NCBI GenBank assembly: GCA_965214125.1
Contig: CBDCBA010000011.1
Location: forward strand, 1 to 64,000
DNA: 64,000 nt
Direction: 5' to 3'
Source: Tepidisphaeraceae bacterium
GTDB taxonomy: Bacteria > Planctomycetota > Phycisphaerae > Tepidisphaerales > Tepidisphaeraceae
Shown: positions 25,655 through 34,680 of the stretch, in pieces
Position numbering within the stretch: position 1 is the first letter of the stretch
How the letters are laid out: the number at the start of each line of letters is the position of its first letter
Program-made: the position numbers and the translations under genes
Notes under the pieces: generated by a model
Told to the model about the DNA's origin: nothing
Database searches by the model: none
The model's input: the letters and a program-made list of their open reading frames with translations, nothing else

Positions 25655-26071
25655 TCACGCGGCGGCGCGGTCGGCGCGGCGGGCGAGGTCGGCGACCTGC
25701 CAGGGGGCGAGTTCGAGCAGCGGCATCTCGACGGTCGCCGTCACGCCCAAGCCGTGGGCGACCATGTCGCCGGCGGTGTCGCACCACTCGGCCGCACGGG
25801 CAAAATCCGGGGAATCGAGCCCGAGTTGTAGCGGCAGCAGGATGCGCGTCGCCCCGTGCTCGCGGGCCAGTTCGGCGATGGCGGCAAGGTGGTTGGTGTA
25901 GGCCCGCAGCACATCGGCGGCGTCGCCGTGAGCCGTCAGGGCCGGCATGTCGAAGTGGGTCGCATCGCACCGCCCGCGGCAGACGGCCGCCAACGCCGTC
26001 GCGGCGGGCGTGCCGTCCTGCACGATGATGGCGCGGGCGAGGTCGATCATGCTCACCTGTTCCATCGGCAC
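25655..26071 (-). CDS. Hypothetical protein (weak resemblance to a fragment of xylose-isomerase-like TIM-barrel enzymes)
   Basis: 138-aa ORF 16 nt downstream of the ADH gene on the same strand; contains NHLAAIAELAREHGATRILLPLQLG. Too short for a complete TIM-barrel enzyme. Confidence 0.3.
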   Translation of the reverse strand: MPMEQVSMIDLARAIIVQDGTPAATALAAVCRGRCDATHFDMPALTAHGDAADVLRAYTNHLAAIAELAREHGATRILLPLQLGLDSPDFARAAEWCDTAGDMVAHGLGVTATVEMPLLELAPWQVADLARRADRAAA

Positions 26072-26087
26072 ATTGATCGCCTTCGCA

Positions 26088-27068
26088 TCACCGGCCGTCG
26101 ACGTTCACGATCACCTTCAGCACGCCCGGCGCGGAGGCGGCGCGGAGCAGGTCCGGGCCATCGTCAAGACGCATGCGGCGGCTGATGAGAGAGTGGACGT
26201 CGACCCGCCGCTCCGCCAGCGCCTTGATCGCCGGCTTGAACGGGCCGCAGCGGCTGCCGAGCACCGTGATCTCGTTCACCACCGCCAGCGACAGATTCAG
26301 CGGCGCCCCGGCGGCGACGGTCGACTTGAGCACGACCGTGCCCCGCGGCCGGCACATCGCGACGGCCGCTTCCAGCCCGGCGGCGCTGCCGGTGCAGTCG
26401 ACGACCACGTCCTGGTCCTGCCGCGCCTGAACCTCGCTCGCCAGCCGCGCCTTGATGCCCCACCGCTCGCACAAGGCCAGCTTCGCCTCGTGACGCCCCA
26501 GCACGCGTACGGCGCAGTCGGCATCGTGCAGAACCTGCGCCACGAGCAGCCCGAGCCGGCCGTCACCCAGAACCGTGACCCAGGTTTTGTCCGTCAACGC
26601 CGCCCCAAGCTGCTGGCGCACCTGGAACGCCGCGGCGAGTGGCTCGACGAAGGTGGCCGCGTCGTCGTCGACGGAATCGGGCAGCACGTGCAGGTTCTCG
26701 CGCGGCAGGCGCATCCACTCGGCGAAGCAGCCGTCGTGGCCGGCGATACCCACAACCGTCCGCTGGCGGCAGTGGTTCGACAGGCCGCGCAGGCACAAAT
26801 CGCACCGGCCGCACACGCAGTTGATCTCGCCGACGACGCGCCGGCCGAGCAGCTTGGGGTTGTCGCACTCGTCGACGGTCGCGACGAACTCGTGCCCGAG
26901 CACGCCCGTGAACTTCATGTAGCCGCGGGCGAGCTCGACGTCGGTGCTGCACACGCCGGCCTGGCGAACGCGCAACAGCGCGTCGCCGTCGGCGGCCGCC
27001 GGCATCGGGCGGCGCGGGTCGAGGTTGGGCTTGCCGTCGAGGACGAGTGCGCGCATCTGCTGTGCCAT
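26088..27068 (-). CDS. Zinc-dependent alcohol dehydrogenase family (MDR)
   Basis: GVCSTDVELARG...GHEFVATV (catalytic Zn), CGRCDLCLRGLSNHC (structural Zn), VLGDGRLG (Rossmann). Start at MAQQMRALVL (or MRALVL 12 nt later). Confidence 0.8.
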   Translation of the reverse strand: MAQQMRALVLDGKPNLDPRRPMPAAADGDALLRVRQAGVCSTDVELARGYMKFTGVLGHEFVATVDECDNPKLLGRRVVGEINCVCGRCDLCLRGLSNHCRQRTVVGIAGHDGCFAEWMRLPRENLHVLPDSVDDDAATFVEPLAAAFQVRQQLGAALTDKTWVTVLGDGRLGLLVAQVLHDADCAVRVLGRHEAKLALCERWGIKARLASEVQARQDQDVVVDCTGSAAGLEAAVAMCRPRGTVVLKSTVAAGAPLNLSLAVVNEITVLGSRCGPFKPAIKALAERRVDVHSLISRRMRLDDGPDLLRAASAPGVLKVIVNVDGR

Positions 27069-27140
27069 CGGCGGAACCACGATCTGGCCAGCAACCCGCA
27101 ATTGTTCCCCGGAACATCGGCTTCCGCGAGGGCGGCGCCT

Positions 27141-27923
27141 TTACGACGTGCTGGCGTTCGTCCACGCGGCCGGGTCGAAGCCGCGGTCTTCGCCGAAGAC
27201 GATCGCGAGCGACGCCCGCGCCTGCCAGGCGACGCTGAACTCGTTGTCCTCGAGCAGTTGGGTTAGTTGCTCGACGACCTCCACCTCGTCGCCGTAGTGG
27301 CGAAGGGCGTCGACGGCGGCGATGCGGAGGTCCACGTCCTGCTCGCCGTCGCGGGCGATCGCGACCAGCGCGGGGATGGCTTCGGGATCCGGCGCCTTCG
27401 CCAGCGCCTTGGCGGCCTCGATTCGCACGAGCACGTCGTCATCGGACAAGGCGGCGATATACACCTGCGTGTGCGCAACCGACGCGCTGCGGTTGAGCGC
27501 CCGCAGCGCGGTGGCGCGGACGAGGGCGGCGTCGCTCTCGCGGGCGAGCTGGGCGTAGGCGTCGGTGTACGGCGGCTCCTGGCCGAAGCCGCGGCGGACG
27601 AGGCCGTTGATGCCGACCCGCCGCTGGTCGGGCGTGGCGTTGTCGGCGGCGAGGCGAATCGCGTAGTACTCGGGGCTGTTGCCGAACAGGCCGCTCAGCG
27701 CCTCGGCCGCGTAGCCGATCGTCGCGCCGACGGCGGCGATTGCCCCCTGCACGCTCGGCTGCGCCTGGACGGGCTCGTTCGGATCGCCGAACGGGTCGCC
27801 GTTCGGCGTGGTGTTGCAGCCGACCGCCGAAAAGGCCGCGATCGCCAGCGCCGCCGTCACGAGAACGTTCGCGCTACGCGAGCGCGGCGAGTGCGACGGG
27901 CGATCGTGGCGGGTTGTGGGCAA
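27141..27923 (-). CDS. HEAT/PBS-lyase-repeat lipoprotein
   Basis: Lipobox LAIAAFSAVGC; repeated VRxxAxxALxxxxDxxAIPAL units (VRATALRALN..., VRIEAAKALAKAPDPEAIPALVAIARDGEQDVDLRIAAVDALRHYG). The ATG at 27923 overlaps murI by ~50 nt, so the true start may be internal. Confidence 0.55.
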   Translation of the reverse strand: MPTTRHDRPSHSPRSRSANVLVTAALAIAAFSAVGCNTTPNGDPFGDPNEPVQAQPSVQGAIAAVGATIGYAAEALSGLFGNSPEYYAIRLAADNATPDQRRVGINGLVRRGFGQEPPYTDAYAQLARESDAALVRATALRALNRSASVAHTQVYIAALSDDDVLVRIEAAKALAKAPDPEAIPALVAIARDGEQDVDLRIAAVDALRHYGDEVEVVEQLTQLLEDNEFSVAWQARASLAIVFGEDRGFDPAAWTNASTS

Positions 27924-28812
27924 TCGAAGTCTCGTCGAGGGGCAGCAGTTCAGGGGCGTCGATCGCTTCGCCGAGAAAGCGCGCGGCGAGGCGGGCGAAG
28001 CGCGAGGAGATGTCGGTCGCGAAGACCTGCACGCGCTGCGGGCCTTCCGTGGCGGGGGCCGATTGCAGCAGGTTGGCGCTGGTCAGCCGGGCCACCACAT
28101 CGTCGGCGCAGGCGTCGGCGGAGTCAACGACCGCCGTGCATGGCCCCAGACAGTCGGCAATCGCGCCGCGCAACAGCGGGTAGTGCGTGCAGCCGAGCAC
28201 GAGCACGTCCAGCCGCTTGTTGATCTGCTGCGCCCGCCGAATCATCGGCCGCAGGTACTGCTCGAGCACCAGCGACACGACCGGATCGTCGCGGGTCCGC
28301 CCCTCCTCGACGAGCGGGACCAGCAGCGGCGTCGCCCGCGACAGCACAGCCGCGCGGGGGCGACGGCGACCCAGCGCCTGCTCGTACGCCTTGCTCCGAA
28401 TGGTCGCGTCGGTGGCGATGACTCCAATGGTCGGCCGCTGACGCTGCCCTGCGGCACGTGCGGCGGCGCGGGCGCCGCTTTCGATCACGCCGCTGATGTT
28501 CACGTCGGGGAAGGCCTCGCGCAGGGCTGACATCGCGACGGCGCTGGCGCTGTTGCAGGCGATCACGACGTGTTTGGGCCGCCCGGCGCCTTGGCAATCG
28601 AGCCGGTCGAGCGTGGCGCCCAACACCTGCACGACGGCTGCGCAGATGGCGGCGGGACTTTTGGAGCCGTAGGGCACGCGGGCGGTGTCGCCGACGTAGA
28701 CAAGCTTCTCGTGCGGCAAACGCCGGCGCAGCGCGCGGCCGACCGTTAGTCCGCCCAGGCCGCTGTCGACCAAGACGATCGGCGCGTCGGGCGTGCCCAT
28801 GCCGATCTGCAT
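27874..28812 (-). CDS. murI: Glutamate racemase
   Basis: PIVLVDSGLGGLTV, VIACNSAS (first catalytic Cys) and LGCTHYPLL (second catalytic Cys) motifs. Start chosen at MQIGMG; the longer ORF N-terminus is implausible (Arg/Pro-rich). Confidence 0.85.
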   Translation of the reverse strand: MQIGMGTPDAPIVLVDSGLGGLTVGRALRRRLPHEKLVYVGDTARVPYGSKSPAAICAAVVQVLGATLDRLDCQGAGRPKHVVIACNSASAVAMSALREAFPDVNISGVIESGARAAARAAGQRQRPTIGVIATDATIRSKAYEQALGRRRPRAAVLSRATPLLVPLVEEGRTRDDPVVSLVLEQYLRPMIRRAQQINKRLDVLVLGCTHYPLLRGAIADCLGPCTAVVDSADACADDVVARLTSANLLQSAPATEGPQRVQVFATDISSRFARLAARFLGEAIDAPELLPLDETSIAHNPPRSPVALAALA

Positions 28813-29107
28813 GGGCGGGCGAGGGTGAGATGTGGAGAGCAGGCTCAGGGGCATAACGGGCCATCCGTGGCGGCGAGCCGGTGGCGAGCCGGTGGTGGGC
28901 GGTGGTGGGCGGAGCGAGGGCGTGGCGACGGGCGTCCTCCGTGACGCATCGGTCTGCCGGTGCGCAACATCGGCAGGACCCCGGCGACTTCGTGACCGGC
29001 GACCACAGTAGAACGCCAAACCCGCGCGGAATGTTTCGCACCCGCCGATCGCGGGCATGTTGCGTTGCCGGTTGACTTTGCCCCGTGACCCTGCGGACAA
29101 TCCACCG

Positions 29108-29563
29108 ATGCAGGCCACCGCCCCCAATGTCGATGCCGACGAGACCACCGACTCCGCGCCGGGAGAAAACGCCGGCGACGGCAAGTTGCACGGGAAGACG
29201 ATCCTCCTCGTCGACGACGACCACGACGTGCTGCAAACGCTCCAGGCCGCGTTCGAGCCGACGGGGGCGACGCTTCACACCAGCCGCAACGGCAACAAGG
29301 CGGTCGAGGTGGCCGAGCGCGAAGAGCCGGATCTGATCGTGCTCGACATGATGCTTCCCGGCCGCAGCGGCTTTCTCGTGCTCGAGAAGATCAAGGGCTC
29401 GAAGCTCCCCAGCGATAAGCCGTACGTCATCATGCTGACTGCCAACGAGGGGTTGCGCCACCAGCAGTACGCCGAGGCCCGCGGCGTGAACGATTACTTC
29501 CACAAGCCCGCAAGCCTCGAAAAGCTCCTCGCCCGCGCCGAAGAACTGCTGACAAGCGAGTGA
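29108..29563 (+). CDS. Single-domain response regulator (CheY-like receiver)
   Basis: ILLVDDDHDVLQTL (acidic pocket), LIVLDMMLPGRSG (phospho-Asp), ...YVIMLTA...DYFHKP (Thr/Lys region). Confidence 0.8.
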   Translation: MQATAPNVDADETTDSAPGENAGDGKLHGKTILLVDDDHDVLQTLQAAFEPTGATLHTSRNGNKAVEVAEREEPDLIVLDMMLPGRSGFLVLEKIKGSKLPSDKPYVIMLTANEGLRHQQYAEARGVNDYFHKPASLEKLLARAEELLTSE

Positions 29564-29569
29564 GGACCA

Positions 29570-29660
29570 CCTACGGCCGCGTGCGTCATCACACGCCGCT
29601 CGCGTGGGGTAGCCGCGGATCTTAATCCGCGCTTCGGTTCCCGATCGGTGTGCGGCGCGC
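29570..29660 (+). ncRNA. Candidate structured RNA / regulatory leader in a 460-bp intergenic region (unclassified)
   Basis: ggtagccgcgg ... ccgcggctacc closing stem (11 bp) enclosing the nested hairpins gcggat-ctta-atccgc and ggacc-aa-ggtcc. No match to any ncRNA family I can recognise by eye. Confidence 0.2.
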
Positions 29661-30025
29661 GGACCAAGGTCCGCGGCTACCACCGGACAACAATGATGCA
29701 AGATGGGTGAATGTCGGTGGCACGTGGAAGCCGCGCTGGCGGGAGATTTCCTCGCGCACCGATGCGCCTCGCGGGCGTTTGGATGGGAGACTGGTGCAAT
29801 CGTGCAGCCTCAACCCTTGCCGCCGACGGTCACGCCTGAACCGGCGAGGGCGCGTCGGGCCGGCTGGCACCGGCTTTGCGATCTTCCCGTTCGACCGTCG
29901 CGCTGTTGAACCCCCGCGCAGCGGCCGATGAACGAGTGGCATGCGCCGCCGTTCGCCGACATGAGTCTCGCTCGTCACCACCAAGCGAGGTCGGCACCGT
30001 TTGTTCAAACCCGCGCTTCTTCCCA

Positions 30026-30535
30026 ATGATTTTCGATCCCGCGACCGTACTCGATGATGCCGAGCCCCCGAGTGGCTCGGGGCATCGCTCCCGCCCGCTC
30101 TACGCCTACAGCTTCGACCGCGAGAGCTTTCGAGGCCGATACCACTCGCGCGCCGAGGCCGTCGAGGCGGCCCAGGCGGCGTTGACTAACTACCCGACGA
30201 GCATCGAGGCCATCTACGTCGGCCGCCTCGTTGATCGCGAGGCGCCGGTCGAAGAGCTCAGCGGCTCGGTGATTGAGCAGATCAAGCGCCGCCACCGCGA
30301 GCGTGGCAATGCGTCGGGCCTGACCGACGACCTGTCCACCGTCACGGCCGACAAGGACGCCCGCGAGGAACTCGATGACCGCCTCTTCGTCGTCCTGCGC
30401 GAATGGCTTGCCGACCACGGCTGCCTGTCGGGGCCGGGTTACGAGGAGATCAGCGAGCACGCCCCGCCGCTGGTCAGCCACGTCGCCGCCACCGGCGCAA
30501 CCAGCGAGATTGGCCTGATCGGCACAGTTGGTTAA
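30026..30535 (+). CDS. Hypothetical protein
   Basis: ORF in coding-like codon usage, start at M51 (MIFDPATVLDD); no recognisable motif. Followed by a perfect 31-bp palindrome (REP-C3). Confidence 0.4.
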   Translation: MIFDPATVLDDAEPPSGSGHRSRPLYAYSFDRESFRGRYHSRAEAVEAAQAALTNYPTSIEAIYVGRLVDREAPVEELSGSVIEQIKRRHRERGNASGLTDDLSTVTADKDAREELDDRLFVVLREWLADHGCLSGPGYEEISEHAPPLVSHVAATGATSEIGLIGTVG

Positions 30536-30558
30536 ACCGTCACAACCTGCCCAGAACC

Positions 30559-30589
30559 GCAAACCGCGTTGCGTCGCAACGCGGTTTGC
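30559..30589. repeat. REP-C-related perfect 31-bp palindrome gcaaaccgcgttgcg-t-cgcaacgcggtttgc
   Basis: Between convergent hypothetical gene 30026..30535 and the Fur-family gene; could equally serve as a bidirectional terminator or a protein-binding site. Confidence 0.7.
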
Positions 30590-30601
30590 CTGCGCCCAGG
30601 T

Positions 30602-31057
30602 TTACGACTTCGGCCGTCGCACAAAGGCGTGGAACTGGTGGCGGACCGGCTCGTAACCGAGTTCGGCGCAGAGAGCATCCCGCGCGGCGCGGAGGGCGTC
30701 GCTTTGCACGGGAATCACCTCGCCCGTCTCCACGTCCACGAGGTAGTCGTGCGTCTCGCGCCCGCCGACGATCACCTCGTAAAACGCCTGCGCGTTCCCG
30801 AAGACGACCTGGCGCAGCAGCCCCGCCTCCTGGAGACTGGCCAGGGTGCGGTAGACGGTTGCCCGGCTGCCGCGGTGGCCCTCGTCGCGGATAGCGTTGA
30901 CAATCGCCTCGGCGTCGAACAGGCTCGGCTGGCGCAGCACGGCATCGAGCACGGCGGCGCGTTCGCGGGTGAACTTCAAGCCGTTGCGGCGTAGGTGGCT
31001 GCGAAAGATGGCGCACGCCGGGGCGAACGGGGTGATGGTGCGACCGCCGTCGGGCAT
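30602..31057 (-). CDS. Fur-family transcriptional regulator
   Basis: RERAAVLDAVLRQPSLFDAEAIVNAIRDEGHRGSRATVYRTLASLQEAGLL (winged helix) and a metal-binding C-terminal HxxH region. 151 aa from M106 of the ORF; the longer N-terminus would overlap the divergent SBP gene. Confidence 0.7.
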   Translation of the reverse strand: MPDGGRTITPFAPACAIFRSHLRRNGLKFTRERAAVLDAVLRQPSLFDAEAIVNAIRDEGHRGSRATVYRTLASLQEAGLLRQVVFGNAQAFYEVIVGGRETHDYLVDVETGEVIPVQSDALRAARDALCAELGYEPVRHQFHAFVRRPKS

Positions 31058-31233
31058 CTTCGGCAACGGGCGCAGGCGCAGCCGGGGCGGCGGGTTGAGT
31101 TGCCCGTCGGGCTGGACATCGTTAACGCTGCCGGCGTCCGACCCGTTGTCGGTCTTTGGGGAGCGGGTTGAGGCAGTCGTTCGGGCCATAGCACACCATA
31201 CCCGAGGTGAAGCGAACGCGGTAGCATCGCCTT

Positions 31234-32568
31234 GTGCGACCGGCTTGGCTGTTGTCGATTTTGACGCTCCTGGCATGGGGTGGGCTAGCCCTCCAGCGGC
31301 CCCCGGACCGGCCGGATCAGCGCATCTGGACCTTTGGCCAATCCCACGCCGACGCCCTGCTTGACGCGGCACCGGGTGGGCGCTCGCCCATTGATGTCTA
31401 CGAGCAGCGAACCGGTCGCACGGTGGCCGTGGAGGTGCTCGATCGCCGCGCGATGGAGCTTCGCCTGCTCGCCCTCACCCGCGCCGGGAGTGACATGCTG
31501 CCGGATGTCGTCCAGCTTGAACTCGCGTCGGCCGCCAAGTTTCTGGATCCCGCCACCGGCCGCGTGCCGCTGTTGCCAATCGATCCCGCCGCGACGGCCG
31601 AAGACCTTGCCGTCCGGCGGACGCTGTGGGAGCGAAACGGCATCAGCTACGGCCTGCCGCTGGACGTCCACCCGACGCTGCTGGCCTACCGCGTAGATTT
31701 GTGGGAGCAGGTGGGTGTCGACCCCGCGGACGCGAAGACGTGGCCGGAGTTCCGCCGGGCGGCCGAGCGGTACGTGGCATTCTGGCGGGCAAACGGGCAC
31801 CCGGAGCGTAGGGCGTTGGAGCTCTCGCGGTCGAGCAGCGAGCACCTCGCGTTGATGCTTCAGCAGCAGGGTGTGCTTCCGCAAGCGTTCGAGGACGATC
31901 GGGTGCGGGGTACATTGGCGTTCGTGGCGCGGCTGGCGGCCGGGCCGGATGCGGTGGCGCGGCCGACGAGTCGCGGGCACGGCCGGTGGGCGGCGGACTT
32001 TGTGGCGGGCGACGTCGGCATGCTCTGGATGCCGGATTGGCGGGTGGCGTACCTGAAGCGGGCCGCGCCGTCGCTCGCCGGCAAGGTGGCGCTGATGCCG
32101 CTGCCGCGTTTCGCCGAGTCGGATGCCCCCACCGCGAGCTGGGGCGGCACGATGCTGGGCGTGCCGGTGGGGGTCGCCGATCCCAAGGCGGCCATCGATT
32201 TGGCGGAGTTCGTCGCGTCCTCCCCGGAGGTTCTGGCAACGCGGCGTCGCGGGACGGCCATCCTTCCGCCGCGTGTCGGGCAGTGGCAGACGGCGGCAAC
32301 GGACGACGGCTACTTCACCAACGGCCCGGCCGCGACCCGCTACGCGGAGGTGGCCGCCGCCGTGCGGTCGCCGCGCGTCGACCCGACCTTTCTCGCCGCC
32401 GCCGGCCACCTGGCCGTGGTGCTGAGCGTCACGGCGGCCGACCTCGACGCCGGTCGCAGCGATGTCGAACAACGCCTTCGACGACGATTATCGGCGGCGG
32501 CGGACGACGTCAGCCGTTATGCTCGACGCAGCCGGAGGCTCACTGGAACGCCCGTTGCAACACCTTGA
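31234..32568 (+). CDS. ABC transporter substrate-binding protein (extracellular solute-binding family 1-like)
   Basis: GTG start with signal-peptide-like VRPAWLLSILTLLAWGGLALQ; ...MLWMPDWRVAYLK... segment typical of family-1 SBPs; ~440 aa. Divergent from the Fur-family gene. Confidence 0.6.
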   Translation: MRPAWLLSILTLLAWGGLALQRPPDRPDQRIWTFGQSHADALLDAAPGGRSPIDVYEQRTGRTVAVEVLDRRAMELRLLALTRAGSDMLPDVVQLELASAAKFLDPATGRVPLLPIDPAATAEDLAVRRTLWERNGISYGLPLDVHPTLLAYRVDLWEQVGVDPADAKTWPEFRRAAERYVAFWRANGHPERRALELSRSSSEHLALMLQQQGVLPQAFEDDRVRGTLAFVARLAAGPDAVARPTSRGHGRWAADFVAGDVGMLWMPDWRVAYLKRAAPSLAGKVALMPLPRFAESDAPTASWGGTMLGVPVGVADPKAAIDLAEFVASSPEVLATRRRGTAILPPRVGQWQTAATDDGYFTNGPAATRYAEVAAAVRSPRVDPTFLAAAGHLAVVLSVTAADLDAGRSDVEQRLRRRLSAAADDVSRYARRSRRLTGTPVATP

Positions 32569-32658
32569 CGTGAAGGGGCCGCACCCGGACCTGGTTCGCG
32601 GGCTCAGGTGGACCCCGCGACCTGCCGATGTCGCACGACGAGGAGTGGGAGCTTGATC

Positions 32659-33204
32659 ATGACCAACATTCGCCCAAATCGAATTCGTATCGCCCTGATC
32701 GCGTGCGTTCTGTGCCTGGCCTTGCCGGCGGCGGCGTCGGCAAACGTCTCGGCCCGCAACGAGTTGCTGCGGATCCGCGACCAGATCGAGAACGAGCTGC
32801 GCAACAGCCCGGAGATGCGGCGGGCCGTGCTCGACGCGCGGGATGCCCGGCGGGAGTACGTCCTCGCACGGCGGGCAGCGACGGCAGCGCTCGAGAAAGA
32901 TTCCGATTACCTCGCCTCCCGCCTGGAGTCCGATCAATTGCAGGAGGAGCTCGACGCGATTTACCACCGGTATCGCTACGGCGTCGCCCCGATTGAGCGG
33001 ACGCATCCGCTCGCGAAGCGCATCCTCGCCATCCGGAGCGAAGCCACCGAAATGCGGGCCGAGGCGATGATCCAGCACGTGGCGACGCAGGAGACGCGGG
33101 CCCGCTTCGTCGAGGCCGGTCGCCGACTGGCGGCGTTGCGGCGCTCGATCCCGGACGCGATCCGGCGCGACCCCCGCTTCCAACGCCTGCGCGGAACTCG
33201 ATAG
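32659..33204 (+). CDS. Secreted coiled-coil hypothetical protein (paralog-like to 9593..10669 N-region)
   Basis: MTNIRPNRIRIALIACVLCLALPAAASA signal peptide (AGGAG/GGGAG upstream); shares the E-x-R-R/D-A-x-LDAR-x-A-x-x-EY pattern with the protein at 9593. Confidence 0.55.
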   Translation: MTNIRPNRIRIALIACVLCLALPAAASANVSARNELLRIRDQIENELRNSPEMRRAVLDARDARREYVLARRAATAALEKDSDYLASRLESDQLQEELDAIYHRYRYGVAPIERTHPLAKRILAIRSEATEMRAEAMIQHVATQETRARFVEAGRRLAALRRSIPDAIRRDPRFQRLRGTR

Positions 33205-33259
33205 CCCACAACGCGGAAAGCGCTTCAGCCCATCAACGCCCACGCCCGATAAGAGGGGC

Positions 33260-34666
33260 GTGCCGGCGATCGCTCTTGTTTCCATGCTTCACGAGGTCGG
33301 CGCCGGAAGCGCCGCCCGAGCCTGCTGGGGTCGCCCGGTGCTGGCGTCAACGCTCGCGCGGCTGGGTCGCTGCGAGCACCTCGACGGCATCGCCGTTCTC
33401 TGCCGCGACGATCAACACGAGGTCGCCCTCCGGGCCGTGGGCGACGCGGCCACGGTCGTGCCGGTTGCGGTGGACGCGAACGACCCGGAACTTCGCACGA
33501 TCGCGAACGCACAACGCTGGGCCGACGGCTGGCGCGGCGGCCTGCTCGGCACCACGCCCGCCGACGCCGGCTGGCACGCCGAGGCGGCCCTTGCGGTTGC
33601 CGACGCGACTGATGCCAACCTGGTCGTCCCCGTGCCCGCCAGCTTCGCCCTGATCGACCCGACGTTGGTCGATCGTCTGCTTAAGCACGCCAGCTCGCAG
33701 AACGACGGCGGCCAAGGAGAACCCGTCTTCTTTCTACCGACGCCGCCCGGCTTGTGCGGCTTGGCCGTGACCCGCGAGCACGTGGAGACACTGGCGGCGG
33801 CCCCGCCCCGCCAGCGGCATCCCGGCCGTGTGCTGCACTACCTGCCCGACGCGCCGCGCATCGACCCGATTGGTCTCGCCGCGTGTCCCGGCGGGGTTTC
33901 GCCGCTCGTCAGCCAGAGTGTCGCCGACTTCCGACTCGAGACCTCCCGCAGCACCGCGTGGGCGGAACTGTCGCTGAGAAACGCCGACAGCGCTGACGCC
34001 GAAACGCTGTGCCAGCAGGCCCGGTCGTGCCCGAACCCGCCGCGCGACGCGAGCATCGACCTCGTAGACACCCGGACCGCCTTGCCCATCTGGCAACCGA
34101 AGTCGACGGCTGCGCCGTTGCGCCCGGACGTCGTGAAGGCGTTGGCCACCCGTGCCGACGACGGCCGCCTGACGCTGGCGGGTCGCGGCGATCCGCTGCG
34201 GTCGCCGGACCTGTTCGCGACGATCCAATCGGCGACCGAAGCCGGACTTTCGGTCCACCTCGAGACGGACCTGCTCGACGCCGACGCCGAGACATTGCAG
34301 CGTCTCGCCACCAGCGGCGTGGCAGTCGTGAGCGTCCACGTGCCGGCCATGACGAGCCAGACCTACGCCAGCGTGATGGGCGTCAACGCGATGGCCACGG
34401 CCCTGCGCAACCTGCTCACGCTGCACGCCCTGTCGCTGCGCGTCGGCGGGCCGATCGTCGTGCCGACCTTAGTGAAGGTTCGCCAGAACGTGGCCGAGAT
34501 GGAGGCCTGGTACGACCACTGGCTGCGCGCCTGCGGCGCGGCGGTGATCCGCGGGCCCGACTTCTTCGCCAACGAGCCCGCCCGGCCAAACCTCGCGACG
34601 GCGCCGCTGCTGCGAACAGATCGCCACCCGCTCGACGCCGTGACCGAATCTCCGCTTGCCGCCTGA
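33260..34666 (+). CDS. Two-domain protein: N-terminal nucleotidyltransferase (GT-A/MobA-like, cytidylyltransferase-like) region + C-terminal radical-SAM/TIM-barrel-like region lacking a CxxxCxxC motif
   Basis: N-terminus AIALVSML...GAGSAARAC.GRPVLASTLARL...LDGIAVLCRDDQHEV resembles the NTP-transferase P-loop region; C-terminal half has LTLAGRGDPLRSPDLFATIQSATEAGLSVHLETDLL...VAVVSVHVPAM, reminiscent of radical-SAM barrel layout but without the Cys triad. First gene of the neuA-neuB-neuC operon. Confidence 0.5.
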   Translation: MPAIALVSMLHEVGAGSAARACWGRPVLASTLARLGRCEHLDGIAVLCRDDQHEVALRAVGDAATVVPVAVDANDPELRTIANAQRWADGWRGGLLGTTPADAGWHAEAALAVADATDANLVVPVPASFALIDPTLVDRLLKHASSQNDGGQGEPVFFLPTPPGLCGLAVTREHVETLAAAPPRQRHPGRVLHYLPDAPRIDPIGLAACPGGVSPLVSQSVADFRLETSRSTAWAELSLRNADSADAETLCQQARSCPNPPRDASIDLVDTRTALPIWQPKSTAAPLRPDVVKALATRADDGRLTLAGRGDPLRSPDLFATIQSATEAGLSVHLETDLLDADAETLQRLATSGVAVVSVHVPAMTSQTYASVMGVNAMATALRNLLTLHALSLRVGGPIVVPTLVKVRQNVAEMEAWYDHWLRACGAAVIRGPDFFANEPARPNLATAPLLRTDRHPLDAVTESPLAA

Positions 34667-34680
34667 TCTTCCCCCGAACC

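Noticed and set aside
27267-28530. Plus-strand ORFs 27267..28223 and 27808..28530
   Set aside because: Antisense to the HEAT lipoprotein and murI genes; Arg/Gly-rich.
28124-29701. Minus-strand ORF 28124..29701 (525 aa)
   Set aside because: Overlaps murI in another frame and runs antisense through the response-regulator gene; composition is Arg/Pro/Ala-rich junk.
31058-31233. Possible Fur box in the Fur-family/SBP divergent intergenic region
   Set aside because: No AT-rich 19-bp GATAATGATAATCATTATC-like palindrome is present; the region is GC-rich throughout.
30602-31372. Full 256-aa Fur-family ORF starting at GTG 31372
   Set aside because: Its N-terminal ~105 aa (Ala/Gly/Pro/Ser-rich) would overlap the divergent SBP gene start at 31234; a 151-aa protein from M106 matches Fur-family size.
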